NCBI GenBank assembly: GCA_016928395.1
Contig: JAFGKV010000029.1
Span: 1-54,904 of the forward strand
Source of the DNA: Candidatus Fermentibacterota bacterium
GTDB lineage: Bacteria; JAFGKV01
Reading direction: 5' to 3'
Length of the DNA stretch: 54,904 bases
Of this stretch, positions 1 through 9,101 are shown piece after piece; position 1 is the first letter of the stretch, and every line of letters starts with the position of its first letter. The translations under genes and the position numbers were made by a program. The notes beneath the pieces were generated by a model. That model searched no databases and was not told where the DNA came from. It worked only from the letters and a program-made list of their open reading frames with translations.

Positions 1-131
1 CCACGAGGTGATTCTCGGACGGTCGAAGGCGCGATGCACGGACCAGCGCCGCGGTCTGTGAATCCCTGAGTTTCCGAATGCCGCCTCAGACTCCTGAACT
101 CGATCCATCTGCCACGATCATCGCTGGCGTA

Positions 132-791
132 TCAAGAACTGGCCGTTGAGCCCGACTCAAGCACCACTATATCCCGGCACCCGTGCCAGAAGATGGAACG
201 TTGCGTGACAGATACCCTGACACCCTCATCGGAGAGAATGCCGCTGATGCCTCCCGCGCCCAGGTAGTCAGCAAAGGAACGGTAGTGCTCCGGTCCGCCT
301 ATTGCCTCCACGAGTCGCAGCGCAATGCCATGGGCGTTTCTGGGGAGTGGAACTTGAGAATCGACCGCGATCACGCGCCGGGCGACGCGCGATGCCTCAT
401 TGAGCACGTTGATCTGCTTCCGTCTCGGTACCTCATGGAGCAGAAAGAGAACCGTGGCATAATCGAAGGCCCCCTGCTCAAGACCCTCGAGATCACTCCC
501 ATCACCGTGCACAAAGCGCACATTGTCGAATCCATTGCGTTTCTCAGCGAATGCGATCATCCGGCGCGACAAGTCGATTCCCGTGACCTGACACTCTTTC
601 CGTGCTCTCAGCTCGAGACAGAGCTGGCCCGTGCCACAGCCGACATCTAGAACAGTGGCCCCCTTCGGGATGGAATCAACGACACGCCTGCGGGCCTCGG
701 CGAGGGGGCGATCATAGAGTGCGTGATACACTGCACCATGGGTGAAGCGACTCGCATCTTCTGATAGAGCATTCCTGCTGGATCGCATCAT
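132..791 (-). CDS. Class I SAM-dependent methyltransferase
   Basis: Motif I VLDVGCGTG, post-I GIDLS, FVHGDG and FDYAT..LLHE; 219 aa. The start could be ATG 791 or 788. Confidence 0.9.
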   Translation of the reverse strand: MMRSSRNALSEDASRFTHGAVYHALYDRPLAEARRRVVDSIPKGATVLDVGCGTGQLCLELRARKECQVTGIDLSRRMIAFAEKRNGFDNVRFVHGDGSDLEGLEQGAFDYATVLFLLHEVPRRKQINVLNEASRVARRVIAVDSQVPLPRNAHGIALRLVEAIGGPEHYRSFADYLGAGGISGILSDEGVRVSVTQRSIFWHGCRDIVVLESGSTASS

Positions 792-839
792 CTGAACCCT
801 CCACGTTGGGTCGACTCAAGACTTGGCAGACTGAACGTC

Positions 840-3146
840 TCATGGCGTAACCGTCTGGGAGCCATGTCCCAGAGCCGCGTTCCCCCGGTCTCGGCAGTGT
901 AGATCTGGAACCGCATGGGGTAGGGCCCATCGGCTGTGGGCGTCGAGGGGTCTGAGGTTCTCCTCCTCCCGGATGGCCTCTTCTCTACTGAAGGATTGCC
1001 TCGCAATCGCCGGAGGTTTCAATGCTTCTCGGCTGAAGTCGAATCCCGTTTGCCCATTCTCCCTGGGCGTAACCGGCGCCGACGCGCGTGCCATGCGGAC
1101 CCGTTCGAATCCACGTCGCTTTGCGACGATCCTGTAGTCAAACATGATCGTGCTCGCTGACCCACTCAGCGCCCGGACCACAAAGGAGTCCGGGTTCTTG
1201 AGGGCCACATAGAGCCCGCAGTCACCTTGAGGCGTCACGAACACCTGGTAGGGCTCGTGCAGGCTTACCGTCTGTGTGAACACCGGATCGATGGCAACGA
1301 CAGCCTCACCATTCACGAGCCGCGCTGAACCGACATCCTCGAAGAGGACATCCGGGCTTTCCACTGTGTAGAGGTGAACCCAACCATGGTCTGCGGTTTC
1401 GACTACCGCCGCCTTGGTGCCCGTTGCCGCGAAGTTGCCGTAGGAATAGACGCCGTAATCGACATTGGTCCCATGTGCCCTTCCATAGACAGCGGTCCCG
1501 ACCGAGGCATTGGTCTCTCCGTAGACGGCATACCCATCCGGCGAATCGACCTCCCCGTAGATGCCGTAGGTCGTTCCCGTGTCTCTTCCCACAAAACCAT
1601 AAACGCCATAGAGCGGATAGGTGCCGCTGGAGTTTCCGGCAATGCCCAACACGCCGCACCCGGCTTGTCCATCGGCACAGCCGTATGCGCCACATTGTCC
1701 ATACGGGGAACTCGTGCTCGAACAATAGCCATAGACGCCGTACGCACTGGCGCTGCCGGAGGAGTTCTCGCCGTAGACCCCGCAGGCCGTATGCGTGGGG
1801 TGATGGGCAAGTCCGTAGACGCCTGCGCCATTGGCGGAGTGGGTTATCCCACGAACCCCATAGCCAGTCCCTGTTGTGCCATGACATGTGCCTTGTACGC
1901 CGATGCCATCTCCGGAATTGGTCTTGAAATAGCCACCATAGTTGACGCCCGAGTACGCATATGCGGAACCGTACACACCGCGTCCGCTTTCGGCGGAACT
2001 CGAGGCGCGGACACCATACGTTGTTCCAGTCGTGGCAGTAGCACTCCCCGAGACGGCTATGCCTTCTGACGATGCCGTCTCTCCCTTGACACCATAGGCC
2101 AAGTTGGTGGTGGCCCATGAACGTCCATACACCCCTATACCAGTACCACTAAAGCTCTCGCCGTAGACGCCGATCGCGTCTCCATGGGTCGCAAGAGCTT
2201 CACCCCATACTCCCCTTCCATTGGATGAGGAAGCCCTCCCCCAGACGCCGCTGGTATACCCTTCCGTCGCGTAGTTGGCGCCGAACAGCCCCCCGCCGTC
2301 AGGGGAGTTATCCTCGAATACCCCTCCGAAATTGACGCCAGCCGTGGCAGCCGAGAGGCCATAGACTGCCATGCCGTTAGTGGATTGAGTCTCGAACCAG
2401 CCGCCGCGCGTGACACCCGTGGCGGCCTCAGCCTTGCCAAACACGCCCGTACCCTGGCTTGACGAACTCACCCCGAACACACCGTAGTTGACGCCGGCAG
2501 TAGAGAATGCCTGGCCGGCCACTCCCATGCCGTCGGTGGCAAGGGTCCTGCCGAAGACGCCGTAGGGAGCTCCGCCCGTGGCGGTGGCGGTGCCGTATAC
2601 ACCGGCGCTCCCCCCTGAGGAAGTCTCACCATGAAGCCCGTGGGCGGTTCCCGCGGCAGCCATGTTCAGCGCACTGAGTACGGCCATCGCGCCTGATGAG
2701 ACCGCGCCACATACTTCCGTGCCAGGCACTATCCCGCTGGCCATGTAGGCGTACCCCACGCTCCCCAGGCGCTGCCTGGGGCTTTGGAGCTCATAGTTGA
2801 AATAGACCTGGAGCCAGTAGTCCTGATTGAAGGCCAGGTTGAGCACCGGCATCGTGCCCGCGCCCAGCATCACACTGAACACGCCCCCGGAGAGCGTCAC
2901 CGTTTGAGGCCCGCTGTCCCAGAGTTGGGTTCCTCCCGTTTCGGCAGTGTAGATCTGGAACCGCATCGGGTAGGATCCGTCGGTGACGGGAGTTCCACCG
3001 CTGTCCGTGACCTTCCCCTGGTAGCTCATGACCTGGGGGATATCGGCGAAAACCGGGGCGGGGAGTATGACCAGAACGATCTGAACGAGCAGAACCAGAG
3101 AAACGGAGAGGTGCCGGTTAGTAGCGGAAGCAGAGCGACTGAGCAT
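840..3146 (-). CDS. Exported Gly-rich (GVYG-repeat) fibre/beta-helix-like protein
   Basis: Signal peptide ending VFA-D; N-domain MSYQGKVTDSGG...MRFQIY..ETGGTQLW; about 400 aa of G(V/I)(Y/F)G repeats; C-domain LYTVESPDVLFEDVGSARL...YQVFVTP...FDYRIVAKR. GAGG RBS precedes ATG 3146. Confidence 0.8.
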   Translation of the reverse strand: MLSRSASATNRHLSVSLVLLVQIVLVILPAPVFADIPQVMSYQGKVTDSGGTPVTDGSYPMRFQIYTAETGGTQLWDSGPQTVTLSGGVFSVMLGAGTMPVLNLAFNQDYWLQVYFNYELQSPRQRLGSVGYAYMASGIVPGTEVCGAVSSGAMAVLSALNMAAAGTAHGLHGETSSGGSAGVYGTATATGGAPYGVFGRTLATDGMGVAGQAFSTAGVNYGVFGVSSSSQGTGVFGKAEAATGVTRGGWFETQSTNGMAVYGLSAATAGVNFGGVFEDNSPDGGGLFGANYATEGYTSGVWGRASSSNGRGVWGEALATHGDAIGVYGESFSGTGIGVYGRSWATTNLAYGVKGETASSEGIAVSGSATATTGTTYGVRASSSAESGRGVYGSAYAYSGVNYGGYFKTNSGDGIGVQGTCHGTTGTGYGVRGITHSANGAGVYGLAHHPTHTACGVYGENSSGSASAYGVYGYCSSTSSPYGQCGAYGCADGQAGCGVLGIAGNSSGTYPLYGVYGFVGRDTGTTYGIYGEVDSPDGYAVYGETNASVGTAVYGRAHGTNVDYGVYSYGNFAATGTKAAVVETADHGWVHLYTVESPDVLFEDVGSARLVNGEAVVAIDPVFTQTVSLHEPYQVFVTPQGDCGLYVALKNPDSFVVRALSGSASTIMFDYRIVAKRRGFERVRMARASAPVTPRENGQTGFDFSREALKPPAIARQSFSREEAIREEENLRPLDAHSRWALPHAVPDLHCRDRGNAALGHGSQTVTP
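845..943 (-). pseudogene. Relic of a paralog of the N-domain of the 840..3146 gene (diverged direct repeat of 2894-2993)
   Basis: About 78/100 nt identical to 2894-2993 by hand alignment, including an exact 26-nt run (891-916 = 2941-2966). There is one 1-nt gap, and most differences are synonymous third positions. Confidence 0.8.
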
Positions 3147-3345
3147 GACACACCTCAGGCTGGGCAGTGTACGTGGTCTTGCTTCGGATCGAGATCCGAA
3201 GAGGGGTCTTCATGTCAGACATACGCATTCCAGGAGATGATTCTCGTACGGATCGACCGGCTGGATTGCCCGAACCAGTCGGGCAATGACACGGGGAGGG
3301 GGACGGAGGGGCAGTTCCCACCGAAGGGGCCTGCGGCGTTCTGCG

Positions 3346-5994
3346 CTACAGGTTTAGGTCTTCGATCATATAGAGGAGGTCCCTGCTCTTGTTTACCAGC
3401 ATCAAGACGGTCGAACTCTCAGCTCCCTTGTCGAATGCATCGATGATGAAGGATCGTGCGGTTTCTATGGGACCTCTCAATTGCTGCGGTCCGCCGCCAT
3501 CCAACCCGGTCCGCCAGATACCGGCAAACTCTTCGTACCTGGTAAAGATGAGCGAATCGCCGTCTTGGTCCCAGACGGGGAATGCGCCATCGTGAGTGAG
3601 TCTTCGCAGTTGGGTGCCGTCGGACGAAACAACCCAGATTCCGCTGCTTGCGGTGTCGGCAGGACGTACTTCTCCGCCCCATGCAATGCGCGAACCATCG
3701 GGCGACCAGCGCGGCCCGACTATCCGTGATGCCGTTGCGACGATCGTCTCAACCCCGGTGTTCAGATCACGTACCACAAGCTCAGAATGCGTCTCATCGG
3801 AACGAACGGCAGCGAGTGTCTCACCTCCGGGCGAAAGATCCGGCCAGTCCCAGCGGTCGTCTGATAATGAGGTCACCAACACCGGCAGCCCCCCCTCAAC
3901 CGGGAGCCTCCAGATTCCGGTTTTATCCGCCGCGGTCGATCGGCCCGCCGCCAGCAGGAAAGCCTCGTCTTTCGACCAGCGGACTCGCCACGCGAGAATC
4001 GAACTCACGACCGACTCGGTTCCGCTACCCACATCGATAACACTGATGGTCGGATCACGCGCTTCGCTCCCGATCACAAGTGCGAGACGATCCCCTCGCG
4101 GCGAAAGGGAAGCCGAAAGAATTCTGTCTCTCGTGAGGAATGCCGCCGGGGGCTCTTCGGGTGCCGAAGCGACGTAGACCGTTGTCGCGTCGATGTAGTA
4201 CACGAACGCGACCCGGGTTCCATCCGGTGATACCGACGGCGCCGTGCATGTTCCCGGGCCGCTGGTCAGTTGAACTGCCTTGCCCCGTACTGATGTGGCC
4301 CAGAGCCCGAACACGCTGAACGCGTCGCTGGAATAGACGATCCATTTGGAATCCGGAGTCCATGAGAGACCGTAGAGTTGAGCGCTTTGGTCGGTCAGTT
4401 GTCGGCGATCGGATCCATCGGGGCGCGCTATGAACAGATGGCCATCCCCGCCTTCGGGATTGCTCGTGGTATAGGCAATCCACTCATCGTTGGGGGACCA
4501 GCGAGGCCAGTAACCTACATCCGCTACTTTGACGATCGAGCCCTCTGGATGCCGAACGAGTATCTCTGTTCCGCTATCTGTCACCGACGCGTAGACGAGC
4601 TTGGAGCCATCACGTGAGAAATCTGCGGCGGATGCACCCTCAACGATCTTTTCGACGTTGCCGCCCAGAACGGATACCTGCCAGACATCGGGAGTGATTC
4701 TTGAGGAATCGCCTCGGTAGCTCGTGAAGAGGATGTGGTTACCGTCCGGAGTGAATTCGGGTGTAGGCCCACGAACATCCATGTCAGGAACCAGCGTGAG
4801 CAGTTCCCGTGTCCCAAGCTTGGTCAGATTGAGAGTGTGGCGTCCAGTGGCGCCGTCCGGTGCGATGACTGCAAGCAGATCTCCCGATGGGGCGAAGGAA
4901 GGCTTGATAATCCCATGGGGCAAGCCCGGGATTTCGTGGATTCGACCGGTGATCGGTCGGTCAAAGAGCCGGTAGTCCTTCGTCAAGACGCGCCCGTCAC
5001 CATGTGTCCAAAGCCAGGAGTCCTTACGGACAAGCTGTGAGACAACTACCGCCATCATGGCCAGTGCGGCGGCTCCGATTCCTAATCTCCGTATCACGCG
5101 GAGGCGAACCCAAGGCGGCCCAATCCTGCGCATGGACAGGTCGGGGCCAGGGCCAAGATCCTTGGAGTGAAGTGACGTAGAATCCTGCAGCAAGCACGAG
5201 AGATCTCGTATCATCTGCTCCGCGTCTTGATATCGCAGGGCCGAGGTTCGCTGTACGGCGCGCGCAACAATGGACTCCAGGTCCCGGGGGACTGCGGTGC
5301 AACGTGCAGACACCGCGGGGACATCCTGGTTGAGAATGGCGTGGAGTACCGCACCCGGCGAATCACTCTTGAAGGGGAGCTCTCCCACGACCATCTCGTA
5401 CAGAATCACACCCAGCGACCAGAGGTCTGTCCGGTGATCTACCGCAGTGCCTTCGACCTGTTCCGGCGACATGTAGGCGATCGTACCGAGCTTGGAGCCG
5501 GTGTTGGTCAACCGCGTCTGGTCAACCATCTTGGCGACCCCGAAGTCGAGAATCTTCGCCTCGCCCTGTGCGGTGAGCATGATGTTCGCAGGCTTGACGT
5601 CACGGTGGATGATGCCGGCTCGATGGGCCCGCGCGAGTCCTTTGGCTACCTGCGTCGCGATGCGAACGGCATCGTGGATAACCAGAGGTCCCCGTTCCAT
5701 TCTCTGCTTGAGGGTCTCTCCCTCATAGTAGGCCATGACGATGAAGAGCTGACCCTCATCGGTTTCCCCGATCTCGTGGATGATGCAGATATTGGGATGA
5801 TCCAGGCTCGAGGCGGCCTTGGCCTCACGGATGAAGCGGTCGCGTGTGGGCTCGTCCTCTGCGACGGCAGGAGGTAGGAACTTCAGCGCAACGTAACGGT
5901 CGAGACGCAGGTCCTTCGCCTTGACGACGATGCTCATCCCACCCGCGCCGAGCCGTTCGAGGATTCGATAGTGTGAGACAGTGGTGCCAATCAT
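3346..5994 (-). CDS. Hanks-type Ser/Thr protein kinase with TM helix and C-terminal TolB/PD40-like beta-propeller repeats
   Basis: MIGTTVSHY start, LGAGGM, VALK, HRDVKPAN, DFG and YMSPEQ motifs; hydrophobic LGIGAAALAMMAVVV; repeated P.(W/F)SPDG motifs. Confidence 0.93.
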   Translation of the reverse strand: MIGTTVSHYRILERLGAGGMSIVVKAKDLRLDRYVALKFLPPAVAEDEPTRDRFIREAKAASSLDHPNICIIHEIGETDEGQLFIVMAYYEGETLKQRMERGPLVIHDAVRIATQVAKGLARAHRAGIIHRDVKPANIMLTAQGEAKILDFGVAKMVDQTRLTNTGSKLGTIAYMSPEQVEGTAVDHRTDLWSLGVILYEMVVGELPFKSDSPGAVLHAILNQDVPAVSARCTAVPRDLESIVARAVQRTSALRYQDAEQMIRDLSCLLQDSTSLHSKDLGPGPDLSMRRIGPPWVRLRVIRRLGIGAAALAMMAVVVSQLVRKDSWLWTHGDGRVLTKDYRLFDRPITGRIHEIPGLPHGIIKPSFAPSGDLLAVIAPDGATGRHTLNLTKLGTRELLTLVPDMDVRGPTPEFTPDGNHILFTSYRGDSSRITPDVWQVSVLGGNVEKIVEGASAADFSRDGSKLVYASVTDSGTEILVRHPEGSIVKVADVGYWPRWSPNDEWIAYTTSNPEGGDGHLFIARPDGSDRRQLTDQSAQLYGLSWTPDSKWIVYSSDAFSVFGLWATSVRGKAVQLTSGPGTCTAPSVSPDGTRVAFVYYIDATTVYVASAPEEPPAAFLTRDRILSASLSPRGDRLALVIGSEARDPTISVIDVGSGTESVVSSILAWRVRWSKDEAFLLAAGRSTAADKTGIWRLPVEGGLPVLVTSLSDDRWDWPDLSPGGETLAAVRSDETHSELVVRDLNTGVETIVATASRIVGPRWSPDGSRIAWGGEVRPADTASSGIWVVSSDGTQLRRLTHDGAFPVWDQDGDSLIFTRYEEFAGIWRTGLDGGGPQQLRGPIETARSFIIDAFDKGAESSTVLMLVNKSRDLLYMIEDLNL

Positions 5995-6232
5995 CCCGCA
6001 ACCCTCTTCTCGTGGGCCTGTCACCGCCCATGATACGGAAGCGGAGTCCGGGGATCAATGGTGGGGAGTGGTCGTGAGTGCGGAACACCCAATGTGGAAA
6101 CCCGTTCATGTGGATACGCCAGATGCGTGGCACTCGGGGTTACGGACGCGACAGCCTCCGTGCGCCTCGACCCCTGTAGCCCGTTCGCTCATTGCGGAAT
6201 CAGAGAGTAGCGGGCCATCCGTTGTGTGTGGC

Positions 6233-7294
6233 TCACTGGTCCTCGAAGTACTCGAACGCATCGACGATATCCAGATACGCGCCGTCAAACCCCGCCGCGA
6301 GGATCCTCCCGAGGTATGAGTCGCTGGTCCCATATATGAGCCGCTGCCACTCGGTGTCCCAATAGCGAACCTTGTAGTTGCCGGCCCAGTCAGGGTTCTC
6401 CTCGGTCAACCACGAAGGCGGTGAATGCTCCCACTCGGCGTTCCAGTAATAACGGTAGTCTTCTGCCTCGCCGATGCTCACGTAGGCGATCACGAGGCGG
6501 GAACCTCCGCCCACTTTGACGCCCAGAGACAGAACGTCCTCGGCAGTCAACATGGTATTCTGGTAGAACGCATCGATAAGCAGGACATCATAGTCGGTGG
6601 ACTTGAGCGCACCCAGGTAGGCTTCACGGTCTCGAAACCGCGAGGGATCAAGTAGATAGAGAAAGTTGCGGGATTCCGAGAGCGTCGTGATGTCGGAGGT
6701 GTTGCGCTCGAATGGAACAGCCGGGTAGGTGGGAATGGTATCCAGAGCCCTGTCGGTGGCAAACGAGACGTATCCCCGCTGCGCATTCTGAGAGTAGGAA
6801 TCGTCGACGTAGCGGGGAGTCGTGCAATAGTCGGTAATGAGCACGTCGACGCCAGAGGCCTCCGCCAGGTTGAGAAAGGAGATCATCCAGGATTGCTCCC
6901 CTGCGGGAGTCGGGATATCGTCACCGTGGTAGCCGTAGAAGAGATCTTCACGCCCCAATCCATCGATGGCCGCCACGTAAACGATACTGAGCGGACCATC
7001 GGGTGTTCCGGTATCCGTCAGGAGTTCCTGGCCATTCTGGGGTATAACGATGAATCGTGCGTGCGAGCTCTTGGCCCAGACACTGATCGCTTCGACGAAG
7101 TCGCGCATGTCCTGGCGGTAATCTCGTGGAAGTCCATTGGGATCGATACCATTGCTGCCGCACCCGCCAATGAGGCACGAGAGCACCAGCCACGGAATCG
7201 AAGCCACCTTGAGAAAGACAATCGAGCAAGGCCCGATCCGTCGGATGGATCGGACCGATCGCGCTCCTCTGCAGCTCTCTCCCCTCCGCCTCAT
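6233..7294 (-). CDS. GH114/TM1410-MJ1477-type putative alpha-1,4-polygalactosaminidase lipoprotein (circularly permuted)
   Basis: Motifs IAYVSIGEAEDYRYYW, NYKVRYW, GFDGAYLDIVD, IPQNG and GREDLFYG; lipobox-like LIGGC. The true start may lie downstream of 7294. Confidence 0.85.
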   Translation of the reverse strand: MRRRGESCRGARSVRSIRRIGPCSIVFLKVASIPWLVLSCLIGGCGSNGIDPNGLPRDYRQDMRDFVEAISVWAKSSHARFIVIPQNGQELLTDTGTPDGPLSIVYVAAIDGLGREDLFYGYHGDDIPTPAGEQSWMISFLNLAEASGVDVLITDYCTTPRYVDDSYSQNAQRGYVSFATDRALDTIPTYPAVPFERNTSDITTLSESRNFLYLLDPSRFRDREAYLGALKSTDYDVLLIDAFYQNTMLTAEDVLSLGVKVGGGSRLVIAYVSIGEAEDYRYYWNAEWEHSPPSWLTEENPDWAGNYKVRYWDTEWQRLIYGTSDSYLGRILAAGFDGAYLDIVDAFEYFEDQ

Positions 7295-8979
7295 CGGGCG
7301 ACCACCAGGGGGTGGATTGAGGGAGTGCCCCGAACCCTAAGCCTGCAAAAGTAGAGACCCCCCGGACATCGACGTTCCCAGTCATCGCATCCATCCCACG
7401 ACGTCTGATGCACGCCAGCCTCGAGAGGTCCCCCCACCAGGGATTTCACGCGGCGTCCCAAGAGATCATAGACCCCCAGACTCACTGCTCCTCCTTGAGG
7501 CAGCGAGTAGCAGATGGTGGTCACGTGGGAGAACGGGTTAGGCGAGCTTCCCATAAGGTATGCATGAGGCGATCCCATGGGCTGTGAGGGGCCATGTCCG
7601 TGGGCGCCGAATTGATGCTCGAACGCGCCGATGTCGTATCCCGAGCCCGCGGGCCGTGGATTGCCGTCGTGGTCCACCGGCGGTGCATCCGTTGCAGTTC
7701 CGTTGTCTACGGCCACGCTCGTTTCAAGCACGTGCAGATCGAAGCTCACCGGATCGACGAAGAGGTCTCCCAGCGAGTAGACCACCCGCGAATGTGCATC
7801 TTGACCGCTGTATGCGGCCCAGTCGCCCGCCGCTACCTGGTCCAGACTGAACTCATCCTCGTAGCCGACAATGATGACCCGGTCACCGTCATCATCATGG
7901 AATATGTTGTGATCGCCCTGATAGGTGCGTGCGTCCCGCTGCTCAAATGCGAGACCGATGTTGTCGTTGCCCGCGAGGATGCAGTTGTACATGCGGAGCG
8001 AATCGCTGCTGTTCTCGACCCAGACGTTGTACGTGCCGGCATCCATGAGCGTACAGCTGTGCAGCACCGTCGTGCCCGGATTGCCTCCCCAATCGAGTTC
8101 TATGTTGGAGACCGTATTGTGGTAGGCGAGGCAGTTCACCAGTGTCACCTGATGTCCCCAGAGTTTGAAGCCCCCGTTCCCACACTCATGCGCCGAACAG
8201 CAGTTCAGGAGCACGTTGCTGGCGCCTCCCCCCTCATTCTCGCCGATGTCGAACCCATCGTAGACGCCGTACGTCTCGCAGCGATTGAACACGAAATCGT
8301 GCTGAGTCCCATGGCCAATGGCGAAGCCGTCCACGTTCTGCTGGGGATCGCTGCCGGTATGAGATATGCACTCGTTGAACGTCCCATGATGACATGCTGC
8401 GCCGCCTGAGGGAGACGCATCGAAGCCGTAGAGCATGAAGTGATGCACCACGATACGGTTCATCTCGAAATCATGGGCGCCATGGGCCAGCCCAATGCCG
8501 CACCATACGTCATGGACAATGCAATCAGAGATTTCCAGATAGGCCGCTCCCTCCACCCAGACACCGTTGTCATTCCAGTTGCGGATCTCGAGACCGTTCA
8601 GAGTAATGTAGCTCTTGTCCACCACGATGCAGTTCTGCGATTCCTCCACGCCTATGCCGTCGATGATGGGCGTCTCCCCGGGATAGGCTGAGAAGACGAT
8701 CGACCCCTCCATGTCATTCCCATCGTGCTCGGTGTGGACGTGCTCAGTGTAGATGCCGGCCCGGATCAGGACGGTATCACCGGCCACCATGGTCTCCGAT
8801 GCGTGTTGAATAGTGCGCCATGGCAAACCGACCGTACCGGGATTCTCGTCACTGGCTGATGGATGATTGATGTCAACGCAGTATGTGGTGGCGTGTCCGG
8901 CGCCGGCGAACACAAGCGTCACGACGCACGCAAGGCGTGCTACCCTCGACGCCATCAGGGGTGAAGCGGTCGCATTCAC
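7291..8979 (-). CDS. Secreted right-handed beta-helix protein with choice-of-anchor-Q-like segment and C-terminal FlgD-Ig-type domain
   Basis: Signal peptide (GHA-T); SDENPGT..PWRTIQHA and AGDTVLIRAGIY; D.DGNPRP.G..YDIGAFE; C-terminal PNPF...TTI.YSL...VYDLLGRRV...WDG.D...GLYFCRL. Confidence 0.85.
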   Translation of the reverse strand: MNATASPLMASRVARLACVVTLVFAGAGHATTYCVDINHPSASDENPGTVGLPWRTIQHASETMVAGDTVLIRAGIYTEHVHTEHDGNDMEGSIVFSAYPGETPIIDGIGVEESQNCIVVDKSYITLNGLEIRNWNDNGVWVEGAAYLEISDCIVHDVWCGIGLAHGAHDFEMNRIVVHHFMLYGFDASPSGGAACHHGTFNECISHTGSDPQQNVDGFAIGHGTQHDFVFNRCETYGVYDGFDIGENEGGGASNVLLNCCSAHECGNGGFKLWGHQVTLVNCLAYHNTVSNIELDWGGNPGTTVLHSCTLMDAGTYNVWVENSSDSLRMYNCILAGNDNIGLAFEQRDARTYQGDHNIFHDDDGDRVIIVGYEDEFSLDQVAAGDWAAYSGQDAHSRVVYSLGDLFVDPVSFDLHVLETSVAVDNGTATDAPPVDHDGNPRPAGSGYDIGAFEHQFGAHGHGPSQPMGSPHAYLMGSSPNPFSHVTTICYSLPQGGAVSLGVYDLLGRRVKSLVGGPLEAGVHQTSWDGCDDWERRCPGGLYFCRLRVRGTPSIHPLVVAR

Positions 8980-9101
8980 TGTCGGTCTCCTTTCTGTCGC
9001 GAATCATGTCGTGGGGACTATCGATGCCTTCATCGGGGGATCTGCCGGGATACTCGCTCTCAGGGGGGCAAATCTCGCCCGAGACCCGCCGGTGGAGGAA
9101 G

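Noticed and set aside
1400-2700. Periodic CCGTAGAC(G/A)CC motifs as a CRISPR or DNA repeat array
   Set aside because: They are explained by GVYG codons of the Gly-rich protein. There is no constant repeat-spacer structure and no cas genes.
845-2993. Repeat pair as a diversity-generating retroelement TR/VR
   Set aside because: The differences are not adenine-specific and are mostly synonymous third positions. No reverse transcriptase is present in the window.
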